From: an uncultured virus (IMG/VR IMGVR_UViG_3300002231_000753)
Lineage: Duplodnaviria > Heunggongvirae > Uroviricota > Caudoviricetes > Schitoviridae
Length of the DNA stretch: 64,000 bases
Virus record (IMG/VR): IMGVR_UViG_3300002231_000753
Location: 1 to 64,000 of that record
Reading direction: 5' to 3' (one strand)
Shown here: positions 38,679 through 48,228 of the stretch, piece after piece
Numbering within the stretch: the stretch's first letter is position 1
How the letters are laid out: each line of letters starts with the position of its first letter
Position numbers and translations under genes: made by a program
Notes under the pieces: generated by a model
What the model saw: the letters and a program-made list of their open reading frames with translations, nothing else
Told to the model about the DNA's origin: nothing
Databases searched by the model: none

Positions 38679-39109
38679 TTACTCTGAGTAATGTTGTTCA
38701 ATTCTATCCAGGACTAACTGGATATCGTTATCGATAAAAGTTTCTTTTGTACTCCACATGCCTAAAGGACCGCGCATACGTTCGTTTACAGTCTCTTTAG
38801 TTAACTTGGTCTGGAATACATGCTTGTAACCAAGTATTTCTTCTTCTTCCGTAACATTTAGCAAGTCAGACTCATACCCTTCTAACTTCTTTAACGGAAT
38901 TTTCTTGGTACTGACTACGTTTGAAAAGTAGCTCTCAATACCATTGTTCATTAGTGACCCTTTAACCTTAACTAGAGTTTCTAGTATCATGTCATTAGGA
39001 TTACTGTCATTCATTACATCAGCTACGTGTGCAGTGAATATGATTTTCTTATGTGACTTGGCTACATATTGAGTCATTAAGTTCTTAAAGAACTGTGCAT
39101 ACTCGCCCC
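38679..39109 (-). CDS. Sak4-like protein, exon 2
   Basis: YAQFFKNLM.QYVAKS, IIFTAH, VKGSLMNNGIESYFS, NERMRGPLGM. Confidence 0.85.
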
Positions 39110-39917
39110 CGCTAATATTCAACAATGTTCGTTAGACATTGCCAGCAGCTTTACCTGCATCTCATACTTTCATATGAGGCTAGACTATATCATCACCTTT
39201 AGTTAAAACTATTAAGGTGCCAACTGCTTCCACTCACTTGAGTGTACTCCCTTGCGGGATAGTCGTTGCACGTTCTTGACAGTAAACCTGTATTGGATGA
39301 GGAAGATTGTTTTCAACAATAAAATTGTTTCTAGCATTCAGAGCTTCTTCTTCTGTTTTACAGACTTTAGTAAAAAGAGTCTTACCTTTGAAATGAATTC
39401 TAGCTACCCATCTAGTATGGTGCGTACTCCAATTTACCCCAGTGAATTTATTGAATCCTCTGGAATTGGGACGTTGATTTGCTATCTGGGTACTTGAACA
39501 TGTCCACCTTAAATTTGATGGACAATATCCTTCATTGTTATTACGCCTATCGAGCGTGTGCTCTGGCGAATAATTTGGTAAAGATTCTACGATTGAAACG
39601 TATTGTTTAAAGTCCCTAAACTCATCACAAATAGTTATTCCTCTAGCCCCGTAATCACAATATTGTCTATGATTTGGGTTAGTACATCGTTGGGTCATAC
39701 TCAACCATCTACTATATAAAGGATGTAGCTCGTTACCGTATCTCTTTTTACTCATTTTACTTTCCCCTTGTTAGATAATACAAAATTGTATTACTTAGCA
39801 TGGGTACTGTCAAGCTTCGCTCAGGATTGCCCTCATCATTACATGTTAGGGGTTTCCCTGAATTCAATTGGTATTTTTAACCGTCATTTCTGTCCGGCTG
39901 CGCTTAATGGATAGTTA
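39110..39917 (-). ncRNA. Group I self-splicing intron (808 nt)
   Basis: Exon ends in U and intron starts UAA. P (AATTCAGGGAAAC), Q (GGCAATCCTGAGC), R (GTGCAACGACTA) and S (GATGATATAGTCTAG) elements and terminal G are present. Splicing restores TMKAWGEYAQFF. Confidence 0.9.
39234..39755 (-). CDS. Intron-encoded HNH-AP2 homing endonuclease
   Basis: W.SM.QRC.NP....YGARGITIC, TLDRRNNNEGYCPSNLRW, and AP2 domain FTGVNW...RWVARI. Confidence 0.88.
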   Translation of the reverse strand: MSKKRYGNELHPLYSRWLSMTQRCTNPNHRQYCDYGARGITICDEFRDFKQYVSIVESLPNYSPEHTLDRRNNNEGYCPSNLRWTCSSTQIANQRPNSRGFNKFTGVNWSTHHTRWVARIHFKGKTLFTKVCKTEEEALNARNNFIVENNLPHPIQVYCQERATTIPQGSTLK

Positions 39918-40215
39918 ACGCTTTCATGGTATTGGTAGCAGTATTTACATAATTAGACTCATACATGTCCATCAAATAAGTCAGACTATCTATTACGATT
40001 GTATGAATTGATGGTGCAGCTTCTGCCTGTGCAAATGCATTAAAGATCTTTACAGGATCTGTAATATTTACTTGTTGAAATTTGGATGGATAGGGTAACG
40101 CTTTATTGTTTTCACAATTCAAATACGCTACACCTTCAGGATTAGGCAAATTACGGAGACAGGTACTTTTACCTGTAGCAGATTTGCCAGATATCAATAC
40201 TAAATTGTTATTCAT
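39918..40215 (-). CDS. Sak4-like AAA ssDNA-annealing protein (N4 gp44-like), exon 1
   Basis: Walker A GKSATGKS; IVIDSLT; ends ...NTMKA plus T. Confidence 0.85.
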
Positions 40216-40262
40216 GGTTTTTCCTATGAGTTAAACAAGCCCAGTACCAGCCGCAAGGCTGG

Positions 40263-42416
40263 CTATTCTTTAGATTGGATTCGTTTATGTGCTGTATCGA
40301 GGATTGTAGATTTTAGCTCTTTATCAGAAAGCTTATTTGGTAACTTCTCATTTAATGCTTGTACCCTTTCAGATACTTCCGTGAAAGTCATATCTGCATC
40401 TACTAACAATAATGCGAACTTAATTAACTGATTACTTCGATTACCTGAAGCAGTGTTATTTACGAACCAACGTTCTAAATTAGATAGAGACTGTTGATCG
40501 TTAATAATCTTTTTATGTTCATCATTCTTAGAGGTTTTAGGGATGAAGTTTAATGGATCAATGAGTTTACCTTCATTGTAGAAATATTGACAGTTAGCAT
40601 TTGTTTCCCATTTCCTACTACGTTGATTAGTCGCAGTATCTACTTCAAATGGAATCCATTCATATACATTTTCCATGAACTCTTTATATTCATCAGCTTC
40701 TAAATTCAATACGAATTGCATAGGCAATATAATACGGAATCGATGCTTATCAGGAGTATGGCTTTTAGTTGTATGGATTAAATACTTATAGTCATTCAGA
40801 AGCAGTTTGACTGTATCAACACTACTTCCATCATCAACATCTAATACAATTAAAGAGAATCCAGGTATTGAATTATCTTCATTACGATGTCTTCCTACAA
40901 AGTGGTGACTAGCCCAGTGTCTACCGGGTTTCTCCATAAGCGTATGTAGCTTATCGAATGGTACTTTAGTTTCTGGAAAGTATCTCTCAGAAAAATGATC
41001 ACTATGAGATAAAGCCAATTTATTTAAATCAATTTCCTTAAGTGCATCACCCGAGATAAATTCTATACCGTCATTGAAAGCTCTTTTAATAACAATACGG
41101 TGCTTATATCCGTATGCTATTGCCAAGCTCATGAGGTCTTGTTTCTGAGCCATTGAACCTTTATAGAAAGGCAGGTCTTCAACTAAGTCTACATGAGTAA
41201 GTTCTTGCTCAGAGCTTGCAATATATTTAGCCAGCTTAACGTAATTACGTTCTCTGTTTAATAACTGACTGAATGCATCACCAGAATCTTCAGCTAGCTT
41301 TACTGCACTCCAGAAATGATCTGAAGTAAGTTCAGAACTATCTTCGATGAAAGCGTAAGTACCAGCTAATTTTAAAGCTTTGAAATATCTATGAGATAGT
41401 TCAGCTTTTTTGATTTCTTGGTGAGCTGGGAAAGTGCTAGCTAGCTTTTCACAATCTAACCTGTATTGGATTATCTCGATACTAACTTCTTTACTAATAG
41501 CAATGGTTTTATTGAAACGACTCTCATCAGCTAACCCTTCCAGTTGCCCGGATAGATAACTAATGAATGATTCCGTAGAAGTATCTGTAAGCATGTCATA
41601 TACTTCTTCAGCAGTCAGTGTAGAGTTCTTACTGGAATCCCCACTGTAGCCAAAGAAACAGCGTCTAGCGAAGCCTGTCTCTAGGAAAGTATGTAACTCA
41701 TCTTCTACTTTACCGCCATTCAGGAGCTTAGCAGGAGTTCCGTACAACATCATGTTGGTTGGAGTCCTACCATCTATCTCCTCATTACGAATATTTTCAC
41801 TCGTATTTTTAGTAAGCTTTTGTTTAATCTTACCTACATCAAATAATTCTAAATATGCATTAAGCAATTCAGCATTGCCCAATAGATTTGAACCAATCTC
41901 ATCTATCTCTAGATTCATCGATCCTGCATCAGCAAGTAATAGCTTATGTCTCATTTGTTTAACAGCAGCAGTAGTACCACTGTCGAATGAGAAAGCTAAT
42001 GTACCTGCTTCCAGAAATTCTTTTTCAATCTTTTTGAGTTCTTTAGCCTCATCACCGTTAGGTTTTTTAACAGCACGTTTCAATGCTAGTTGAGCTAAGT
42101 GAGTATGGCTTACACTCTCAAAAGTTTCTTCTAGAAATTTCTGTTTAAATTGATGGATTACATGATCTTCTACAACATTTGTTGAGTGACCTTTACCTGC
42201 ACCAGATACAGCTAAATTAATAGCGTACATGTTTATAGGTATGACCCCTCGATCATGGGTACCAATATTTGTTCGCATCATAGAGGCTACTTTACTGAAA
42301 TAGTAAGCAACTAGGATTCTAAAAAATAATGGATTAGTACTTTGGGTTTTCTGACATAAAATCTTAACGAGTTTTTCTGAGGTAGCGTTATAACTAACTT
42401 GAGATAGATCTTTCAT
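40263..42416 (-). CDS. DNA primase (N4 gp43-like; P-loop/DUF3987-type region, primase, PriCT)
   Basis: SGAGKG, EIDEIGSN, LIVLDVD, HTTKSH...RFRIILP, GNRSNQL. Confidence 0.85.
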   Translation of the reverse strand: MKDLSQVSYNATSEKLVKILCQKTQSTNPLFFRILVAYYFSKVASMMRTNIGTHDRGVIPINMYAINLAVSGAGKGHSTNVVEDHVIHQFKQKFLEETFESVSHTHLAQLALKRAVKKPNGDEAKELKKIEKEFLEAGTLAFSFDSGTTAAVKQMRHKLLLADAGSMNLEIDEIGSNLLGNAELLNAYLELFDVGKIKQKLTKNTSENIRNEEIDGRTPTNMMLYGTPAKLLNGGKVEDELHTFLETGFARRCFFGYSGDSSKNSTLTAEEVYDMLTDTSTESFISYLSGQLEGLADESRFNKTIAISKEVSIEIIQYRLDCEKLASTFPAHQEIKKAELSHRYFKALKLAGTYAFIEDSSELTSDHFWSAVKLAEDSGDAFSQLLNRERNYVKLAKYIASSEQELTHVDLVEDLPFYKGSMAQKQDLMSLAIAYGYKHRIVIKRAFNDGIEFISGDALKEIDLNKLALSHSDHFSERYFPETKVPFDKLHTLMEKPGRHWASHHFVGRHRNEDNSIPGFSLIVLDVDDGSSVDTVKLLLNDYKYLIHTTKSHTPDKHRFRIILPMQFVLNLEADEYKEFMENVYEWIPFEVDTATNQRSRKWETNANCQYFYNEGKLIDPLNFIPKTSKNDEHKKIINDQQSLSNLERWFVNNTASGNRSNQLIKFALLLVDADMTFTEVSERVQALNEKLPNKLSDKELKSTILDTAHKRIQSKE

Positions 42417-42437
42417 ATTAATCTCTTGGTTAAATAC

Positions 42438-42815
42438 TTATTTAGGTAACGAGTCCCTATCGACATGCCCATTCCATACCCGAGCTAACGCAGACTTTGA
42501 TTTATTCATATCCAATTCACTGTTAATAAAACTAACTAATGTATCTAGAGTCTGCTTCTCATGATTAAGCAGCATCTTATTAGTTCTCACAAAATCTTTG
42601 TGAGCGTGAATGATAAAATCGTAGTTAGATTGAGTTAATCGAGTGGTATCAGGCTTTTTTCTAGGTCTACTAATTGTAGTACCTTCCAGTGTATTAGCAG
42701 TTAATTTTCGTATTTTATTTTCCTCAATAGTTTCAATAAGATACTCGACCAATCTAGGTAGTACTACCATCAAGGAAGCCTTGACAGCAGCAATAAGGGC
42801 ATTAATTACACTCAT
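42438..42815 (-). CDS. Hypothetical protein, possible C-terminal HTH
   Basis: 125-aa ORF coupled to its neighbours. Confidence 0.55.
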   Translation of the reverse strand: MSVINALIAAVKASLMVVLPRLVEYLIETIEENKIRKLTANTLEGTTISRPRKKPDTTRLTQSNYDFIIHAHKDFVRTNKMLLNHEKQTLDTLVSFINSELDMNKSKSALARVWNGHVDRDSLPK

Positions 42816-43789
42816 TTTTTGATTTCACCACTGAGTACGTATTTTTTAGCTTGCTCGCATATGGTAAATGCATCACAGTAATTGCAGGCTTTAACTTCAC
42901 CGCCTACTTTAACGATTATACCTACATCACCATCGTCAGCTTTACGTTTCATAGCTTCCTGCATGCTGGGGNANTTCTTAGTACTGCGTGACATCTTCTG
43001 AGGGTTTTTATAATACTTATAGGTATCATCCCCTCTCCATAAATCGCCATCGTTACATGGAGGAATATCAGCTTCAGGGGAGTCTTGTATATTTCTCTAA
43101 CTCATTCAACTTATTTTCTAACATAAGCTTCAGTTTCTGCAATGGATTTAAGTGGTAGAGGATGTGCCAATACTTGAGTTGGTGGATAACCTTTTTCTTT
43201 GCTTGGCTTTAGCTTGGCTCCAATCAGTAAAGATAAAATCGATAGCCATATTATCTTTAGTAATAATGTCAGGATTAAGCCATCTATAAATGCTACCTTG
43301 TAAAATGTACTTTGCATCATTGGTTCTATTTACATAAGCAAAAGTACTCGTAGATTTAAAATCACGTAATCTACCTTCAGCTACAAAATCAAATTTACCG
43401 CCAACAGTATAATTACCTACTTCTTTCTTAGTACGTATTTCCATGTAAACTGGAATACTGCCTTCAGTAAGATCTTCTCTTTTAGGGTTGATTTGAACTC
43501 TATCGATTACCTTTTGAGGATAACCAAGATCTTTAAGAGATTGTTGATAGTTATTAAGCCAAGCTTGTTCGATACCGGTGTGTATATCAGTACCTATACG
43601 AGATTTAATTAATGTACTGATATCAATTGTACGATCTGCTTTAGGAATCCTACCAGACATAATTATTTGTTTAGTAGATTTAATTAACTTAGTAGCACTG
43701 ATAGTACCTGGATCGTGATCATATAAATCCTCGCTTAACCAGACTGCTAAAGGTAAAGATAGATTCGATACATTAGTTAATTTACTCAT
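42812..43789 (-). CDS. PD-(D/E)XK Cas4-like exonuclease (N4 gp42-like), several frameshifts
   Basis: ISATKLIKS, GTDIH, GKFDFV...DFKSTS, QGSIYRWLNP; C-terminal ACNYCDAFTICEQ. Confidence 0.8.
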
Positions 43790-44442
43790 TTGGATTTACT
43801 CGTAGGTTGCATAGCTTCACGGACGTTATCTATCAAAGGGATAGGTAATTTTTTGGGAGGAGCTTCGGGGAAGTACTTTAAACCTTCTGGCCAGTTAGCG
43901 GCAATATGATTCAAAGTTTTACATGAGTTTAGGAATGCTGATAGTTCATTTTTCAACGCTTCGTATTCTTTTACAATAGCTAACCCTTCTTTCTGTAAAC
44001 TCAATATTTTATTAATATCACATTTGGCGGTTAGTTCTATTGTTGTACCTACATTGGTAGGCCAAGGCATAGGTTTTTTAAAACAGAACGCTCTATTTCC
44101 TTTTAAATTGTTTAGTGCAGTCCCTTGAGGAGAATTCCAACTGGAAGTATCCTTAGTAAATAAGTGAAGATATTCTGTACTTTTCAGTGCTGACCCGTTC
44201 TCTTGGATTTTTTCTTTTACTATGATCATAGAGATCTCAGAATTAATATTATTAACCCAAGTATCTTCAGTTTTGATAGCATTCACTTCTTTTAAATCTT
44301 TTTTAAATTTCTTCTTATACATCTGCAGAGTAAAGTCTTGTGCCTTAAGTTGCAGAGTTTTTACTTTTTTGTTGAATAGATCGTGCATTGCTGCGGTTAA
44401 TGCACCTGATCGTAATTCTTTAGTTAAACGTAAACTAGCCAT
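43786..44442 (-). CDS. Nmad5-like (nucleotide-modification-associated domain 5) protein
   Basis: N-terminal RLTKELR..ALTAA and C-terminal L.SCKTL..I...WPE...Y.P, characteristic of the family. Confidence 0.6.
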   Translation of the reverse strand: MASLRLTKELRSGALTAAMHDLFNKKVKTLQLKAQDFTLQMYKKKFKKDLKEVNAIKTEDTWVNNINSEISMIIVKEKIQENGSALKSTEYLHLFTKDTSSWNSPQGTALNNLKGNRAFCFKKPMPWPTNVGTTIELTAKCDINKILSLQKEGLAIVKEYEALKNELSAFLNSCKTLNHIAANWPEGLKYFPEAPPKKLPIPLIDNVREAMQPTSKSK

Positions 44443-44642
44443 TATTCTTCATTCCATGTTGAGGGGTCATTGGCATCATGGTCAGTCCAATTACATGGGC
44501 CACAAAGCTCAGTGTGTTGAGACATTTGATGCGTAGTTTTATTGATTACAGTTACTGTAGGAACACATTCACAAGTACGACACGGAGTGCCGTAGTCAGG
44601 CTCATATGCGTATTTATCTTTTGGTTCAGTATCTTCTGGCAT
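44442..44642 (-). CDS. Small Cys-rich hypothetical protein
   Basis: CRTC and CGPC pairs. Confidence 0.55.
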   Translation of the reverse strand: MPEDTEPKDKYAYEPDYGTPCRTCECVPTVTVINKTTHQMSQHTELCGPCNWTDHDANDPSTWNEE

Positions 44643-44643
44643 A

Positions 44644-44868
44644 CTATCCTTCCAATGCCCAAGTTGAATTCATATCACCGCCACCTAAGATGGCGCCATC
44701 TATATGTATTTCAAAATATGTATCTTCTGTCAGGCATGCTCTACGGCCTCTGAAGTACATGTAGCCCAAACTTACTGAGTAAATCGGAAATATGTACAAG
44801 TCTTTTCCATCCTTTTTCAAGAATGTTTTAATAATTGGGCTGCTTGTTTTTTTAAGCAAATTATCCAT
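44644..44868 (-). CDS. Hypothetical protein
   Basis: Tightly packed ORF with AGGA RBS. Confidence 0.5.
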   Translation of the reverse strand: MDNLLKKTSSPIIKTFLKKDGKDLYIFPIYSVSLGYMYFRGRRACLTEDTYFEIHIDGAILGGGDMNSTWALEG

Positions 44869-45046
44869 TTTTATTCCTATTGGATTTGTCTAACCGCCAA
44901 TAGGTAATTAGAGAATCTGTTTTTGGTTGAGATAAATTAAATTTTCTAGATATGTTTGGACCAGACAACGTTACGTCTTGTTTCATGGCTTCGATGTAAT
45001 TCAAATGAGATAGCATTTCATCAGTAATAAAATCCGGTCTATTCAT
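44861..45046 (-). CDS. Hypothetical protein
   Basis: Tightly packed ORF. Confidence 0.5.
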   Translation of the reverse strand: MNRPDFITDEMLSHLNYIEAMKQDVTLSGPNISRKFNLSQPKTDSLITYWRLDKSNRNKNG

Positions 45047-45048
45047 AA

Positions 45049-45255
45049 TTAGATATCCAATTTAGGTAATTCTTCTAGTAACCAATCACGGGTAGCTTTA
45101 TCAAGTAAATGTAAAGCACGCGTACCTGCACCTTTAGGCGGTAAATCATCTTTGATAATTAATAGGTATTGGTCTTTGAATGGGCCGGGAGCTGGTAGCT
45201 GTTCGATAAATATTTCTTCATTCTCTGAATTAGTTAACTGAGTTATTACAGTCAT
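45049..45255 (-). CDS. Hypothetical protein
   Basis: AAGGAG RBS upstream. Confidence 0.55.
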   Translation of the reverse strand: MTVITQLTNSENEEIFIEQLPAPGPFKDQYLLIIKDDLPPKGAGTRALHLLDKATRDWLLEELPKLDI

Positions 45256-45355
45256 TGCTAATCTCCTTTAAAAATTGTGGGGTGGATAGCCTTGCAGAAA
45301 TCCAGGAACACATTTTGTCAACTGAGGAGCTGTCCTACACCTCATTGGAGAAATT

Positions 45356-45865
45356 CTATTCTACAATCATCCAATCTCGTGCGTCCATATCAGATTGACT
45401 TGCTAGCCAACCAGGTAACATAGCTCTACGTCCTTCAGCATTAACGGTGTACATATCAAAGTGAGGCAGTATTTCACATTCATCAACGCCATGTATTTTA
45501 TACACACTACCTTCGAACATTGCGTGAGTTTCGCCTTTACTTCCTGGATTATAAATAACCCACATGCCTTTACCGTTCCAACCTTTGCGAGCAACTTTGT
45601 GGCCTGCTTTAGATGCTTCAATAGCCATACCAAAATCTAGTTCACCGGATAGTTGGTAGCTATGTTCAAATACATCTTTAGGTGACCATGAAATGTATCC
45701 TACATGCCCTGGATGATTTGGTTTACCTCCATTACGGTACTCGACTATGTAGCCTTCTTCATTTGGATCTTCATTAGCTGGAATAATCCACTCTCGATAA
45801 GAGTTATATTCGCCACGAGTCATGGGACGTGCTGATAATACTTTTGTACCTATATAAGTTTTCAT
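45356..45865 (-). CDS. Two-domain protein: YIGTK...WSPKDVFE domain fused to DUF2829/Tad2-like domain
   Basis: C-terminal FGMAIEASKAGHKVARKGWNGKGM...WLASQSDMDARDW is the DUF2829 signature. Confidence 0.78.
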   Translation of the reverse strand: MKTYIGTKVLSARPMTRGEYNSYREWIIPANEDPNEEGYIVEYRNGGKPNHPGHVGYISWSPKDVFEHSYQLSGELDFGMAIEASKAGHKVARKGWNGKGMWVIYNPGSKGETHAMFEGSVYKIHGVDECEILPHFDMYTVNAEGRRAMLPGWLASQSDMDARDWMIVE

Positions 45866-45884
45866 TTTATTTCCTATAGTTAAA

Positions 45885-45919
45885 TTAATTTTCAGGTAGC
45901 ATTACTACCTGAAAATTAA
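45885..45919. repeat. Perfect 15-bp inverted repeat (hairpin, terminator or operator)
   Basis: TTAATTTTCAGGTAG-CATTA-CTACCTGAAAATTAA. Confidence 0.8.
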
Positions 45920-45944
45920 CTTTAATAAACAACAAATCTACGAT

Positions 45945-46286
45945 TTATCGGTGACGAATATCACCGCTCATAGTGCTAGTGCTACCACTGATAGAACCAC
46001 AAGTAACGTCGCCACTCATTGTGCTTACAGAACCGCTAACATCACCACAACGTACATCGCCAGACTGTGTTTTTACAGTTCCAGTCTTCTGAGCAGTCAC
46101 AGTACCTGCGGAGTTCTCAATAGAATCAACATCACCATGAACGGTAATATTAACCTCATCAATCAACTCGCCGGGTTGCCGCTTACCATCAACGGTAACA
46201 GTGCCATTTGTAATGGTTACATTTCTACCAACGAAATCTTTACCATCGATAGTAACTCGATTGGAATTGCGCATATTTATTTTCAT
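45945..46286 (-). CDS. Beta-solenoid repeat protein (DUF4097-like SGDV repeats)
   Basis: Repeats TQSGDV, TMSGDV, TMSGDI. Confidence 0.65.
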   Translation of the reverse strand: MKINMRNSNRVTIDGKDFVGRNVTITNGTVTVDGKRQPGELIDEVNITVHGDVDSIENSAGTVTAQKTGTVKTQSGDVRCGDVSGSVSTMSGDVTCGSISGSTSTMSGDIRHR

Positions 46287-46301
46287 TTTCTTTTCCTAGT
46301 A

Positions 46302-46466
46302 TTAGAGTTTTGATCCAATACGATTAATAATTGAATTTTGTTTATCAGATAATACGTAATCTTCTTCTTTATCGGCGAGATTATTAATGAAGTCATATTC
46401 CCAATCAGTCAATTTTTCTGGATAATCTATTGCTTGACTAACTATCTTTTTCTGTACTCTGTTCAT
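46302..46466 (-). CDS. 54-aa hypothetical protein (not in ORF track)
   Basis: Manual translation MNRVQKK...LTDWEYDFINNL...LSDKQNSIINRI, a motif common in small phage proteins. Confidence 0.55.
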   Translation of the reverse strand: MNRVQKKIVSQAIDYPEKLTDWEYDFINNLADKEEDYVLSDKQNSIINRIGSKL

Positions 46467-46671
46467 TTGCACGTTTCCTTAAAGTATTTTCTATTTGAGT
46501 CATTGCCCAATCTAGCTTATCTGAAGACATATTTTTAATGGTATCGATAATACTTCTTTCGCTGTTTTCAGGAGAATACATCTTATTAAAAACGAGTTTT
46601 TGTTCTTCAGTTAAATAGCCGATTTTTTCTATGAGCCAACTCCGTGCATATCCTTCTAAATAATGATTCAT
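46438..46671 (-). CDS. Hypothetical protein
   Basis: ATGA overlap with the upstream gene; FNKMYS...KLDWAMTQIENT. Confidence 0.55.
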   Translation of the reverse strand: MNHYLEGYARSWLIEKIGYLTEEQKLVFNKMYSPENSERSIIDTIKNMSSDKLDWAMTQIENTLRKRANEQSTEKDS

Positions 46672-47006
46672 GGTTCACACCATCTCCTAATTTCTTGGGC
46701 TACTTTTTTACCGATATGCGGGAGGTCTTCAAGTATAAGTGCTCCTGTACGTATATCGTACAACAGAGATCTCTTATCTCGGTACCCTGCATTAGTTAAT
46801 TGGTTTTTTGCTCTCGATGACAAACCATCTAACCAAGTCATATCGCCTTTATTGATTATTTCTTTAGCTAAGTTATACAGGTCGTATGCGGTACCCGGTG
46901 TTACTGAAAATTCCATGGATAACATGCTGTAAGATAAGTTCCTGTTTTTCTTAGCATTGTATATTTGTAGGGCTAATTCACTATCTGAATCACTGTATTT
47001 CATCAA
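46668..47006 (-). CDS. HTH plus RNA polymerase alpha-CTD-like (HhH) protein
   Basis: LDGLSSRAKNQLTNAGY...LEDLPHIGKKVAQEIRRW matches the alpha-CTD pattern L.L.VR..N.L...GI...L...PN.G.KS..EI. Confidence 0.65.
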   Translation of the reverse strand: MMKYSDSDSELALQIYNAKKNRNLSYSMLSMEFSVTPGTAYDLYNLAKEIINKGDMTWLDGLSSRAKNQLTNAGYRDKRSLLYDIRTGALILEDLPHIGKKVAQEIRRWCEP

Positions 47007-47131
47007 GCAAAATCTCTAATAGAATTCTAAAAATCACAGTTTAGCCTAATCGGCACATCTTTAGATGGAGATTTATACTTTTTATTGTCCTTAAGGACAT
47101 TCTTTTAATTAACTATATAGTGAGAAAAATT

Positions 47132-47692
47132 ATGGATATCGATCCAGGTAGTGTATTAACAAATCGTGGTCTTAATGGTTTCGGATATGGAATTAACAAC
47201 CAAGGTAATTTTGCTGGTGATGGTTCTGCTATCAATGCTAATGTTGAAGCTAATCGTGACTTAGGCGTAATCCAGGCAATTAACCGTTCTAGCTCTGAGC
47301 AGTTTTTATCTGATCGAGTTACTAGTGGTGATCAAGCAATTCAAGCTAGCATTAACACCTCTAATCAATTCCTTTCTGATCGAATTTGGTCACAAGGTAT
47401 TGATACTAAGTTTGCTGCTGTAACAGCTCAGTTCGCTTCTGCTGAACGTTTAGCTTATGCCAATCAAGCAGACACTGATCGTCAAATGGCAGCTAACAAA
47501 GCTGATACAGATCGCCAGTTACACTCTATGGAACTCAAGCAAGTTGAGTGTTGCTGTGAGCTTAAAGCAGGTCAAGCAGCTATCTTAGCTAAGCTTGATG
47601 CTGATCGTGCTACTGCTGCTGAAAATGAAGTTAACAACCTTCGTATGCAAATACAGATTGGTAATGGAAACCGTGGTAACTCGGGAAACTAA
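47132..47692 (+). CDS. Gly-rich/coiled-coil 'CCC-motif' protein
   Basis: GFGYG N-terminus, heptad coiled coil, VECCCELK; capsid-like codon bias; opposite strand to its neighbours. Confidence 0.75.
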   Translation: MDIDPGSVLTNRGLNGFGYGINNQGNFAGDGSAINANVEANRDLGVIQAINRSSSEQFLSDRVTSGDQAIQASINTSNQFLSDRIWSQGIDTKFAAVTAQFASAERLAYANQADTDRQMAANKADTDRQLHSMELKQVECCCELKAGQAAILAKLDADRATAAENEVNNLRMQIQIGNGNRGNSGN

Positions 47693-47760
47693 GTGATAGG
47701 CAATCTAGTGTAGAGCCTATCGATGATGCAATAGAAATCATTGAGGACTAATGCATCTTT

Positions 47761-47790
47761 ATAGGGGGATTACTCCCCCTATTTTTATTT
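47761..47790 (+). terminator. Rho-independent terminator
   Basis: ATAGGGGGA-TTAC-TCCCCCTAT followed by TTTTATTT. Confidence 0.8.
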
Positions 47791-47802
47791 GAGGAAAAGC
47801 CG

Positions 47803-48192
47803 ATGTTAAATATTGCAAGCATATTGACTCACGTTCATAACGGCATAAACCAAAAAGATCCAAGATATGTTATACGTGGCGATGAGCATATTATGGATAC
47901 TAAAACTGGTGCAGTATTCCATGTTTATGATAGTTGGTTCAAAGTTACTTATGATGAAAAAGTAATAGTAACCAAAGAAGATTTTACTCCTGAAGAACAA
48001 AATATCTTCTGGAAAATTAAAACACTAATTACTGATCCAAATAAATTGGAACAGAATAGAACTAATTATATCCCTCTACAAAAAGCACGTAGAAATGCTT
48101 TTTCTAAAGTTTATGAGGAACCGCATCCTGTACATGATGAGACGCCTAAAGTTGCTGAACCAGAGCAAGGTGCTGTCCCATACAGAGGTTAA
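47803..48192 (+). CDS. Hypothetical protein
   Basis: GAGGA RBS; second gene of the counter-oriented island. Confidence 0.65.
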   Translation: MLNIASILTHVHNGINQKDPRYVIRGDEHIMDTKTGAVFHVYDSWFKVTYDEKVIVTKEDFTPEEQNIFWKIKTLITDPNKLEQNRTNYIPLQKARRNAFSKVYEEPHPVHDETPKVAEPEQGAVPYRG

Positions 48193-48194
48193 AC

Positions 48195-48228
48195 TAAAAA
48201 GCCCCTAACAATAATGTATAGGGGCTAT
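48195..48228 (-). terminator. Terminator at the convergence of the island and the polymerase operon
   Basis: AGCCCCTA...TAGGGGCT stem with an A-tract on the + strand. Confidence 0.6.

Noticed and set aside
40247..40262. CCAGCC-GCAA-GGCTGG hairpin as a fourth vRNAP promoter
   Set aside because: It has a four-base loop rather than the GAA triloop; more likely an ordinary RNA stem between primase and the Sak4-like gene.
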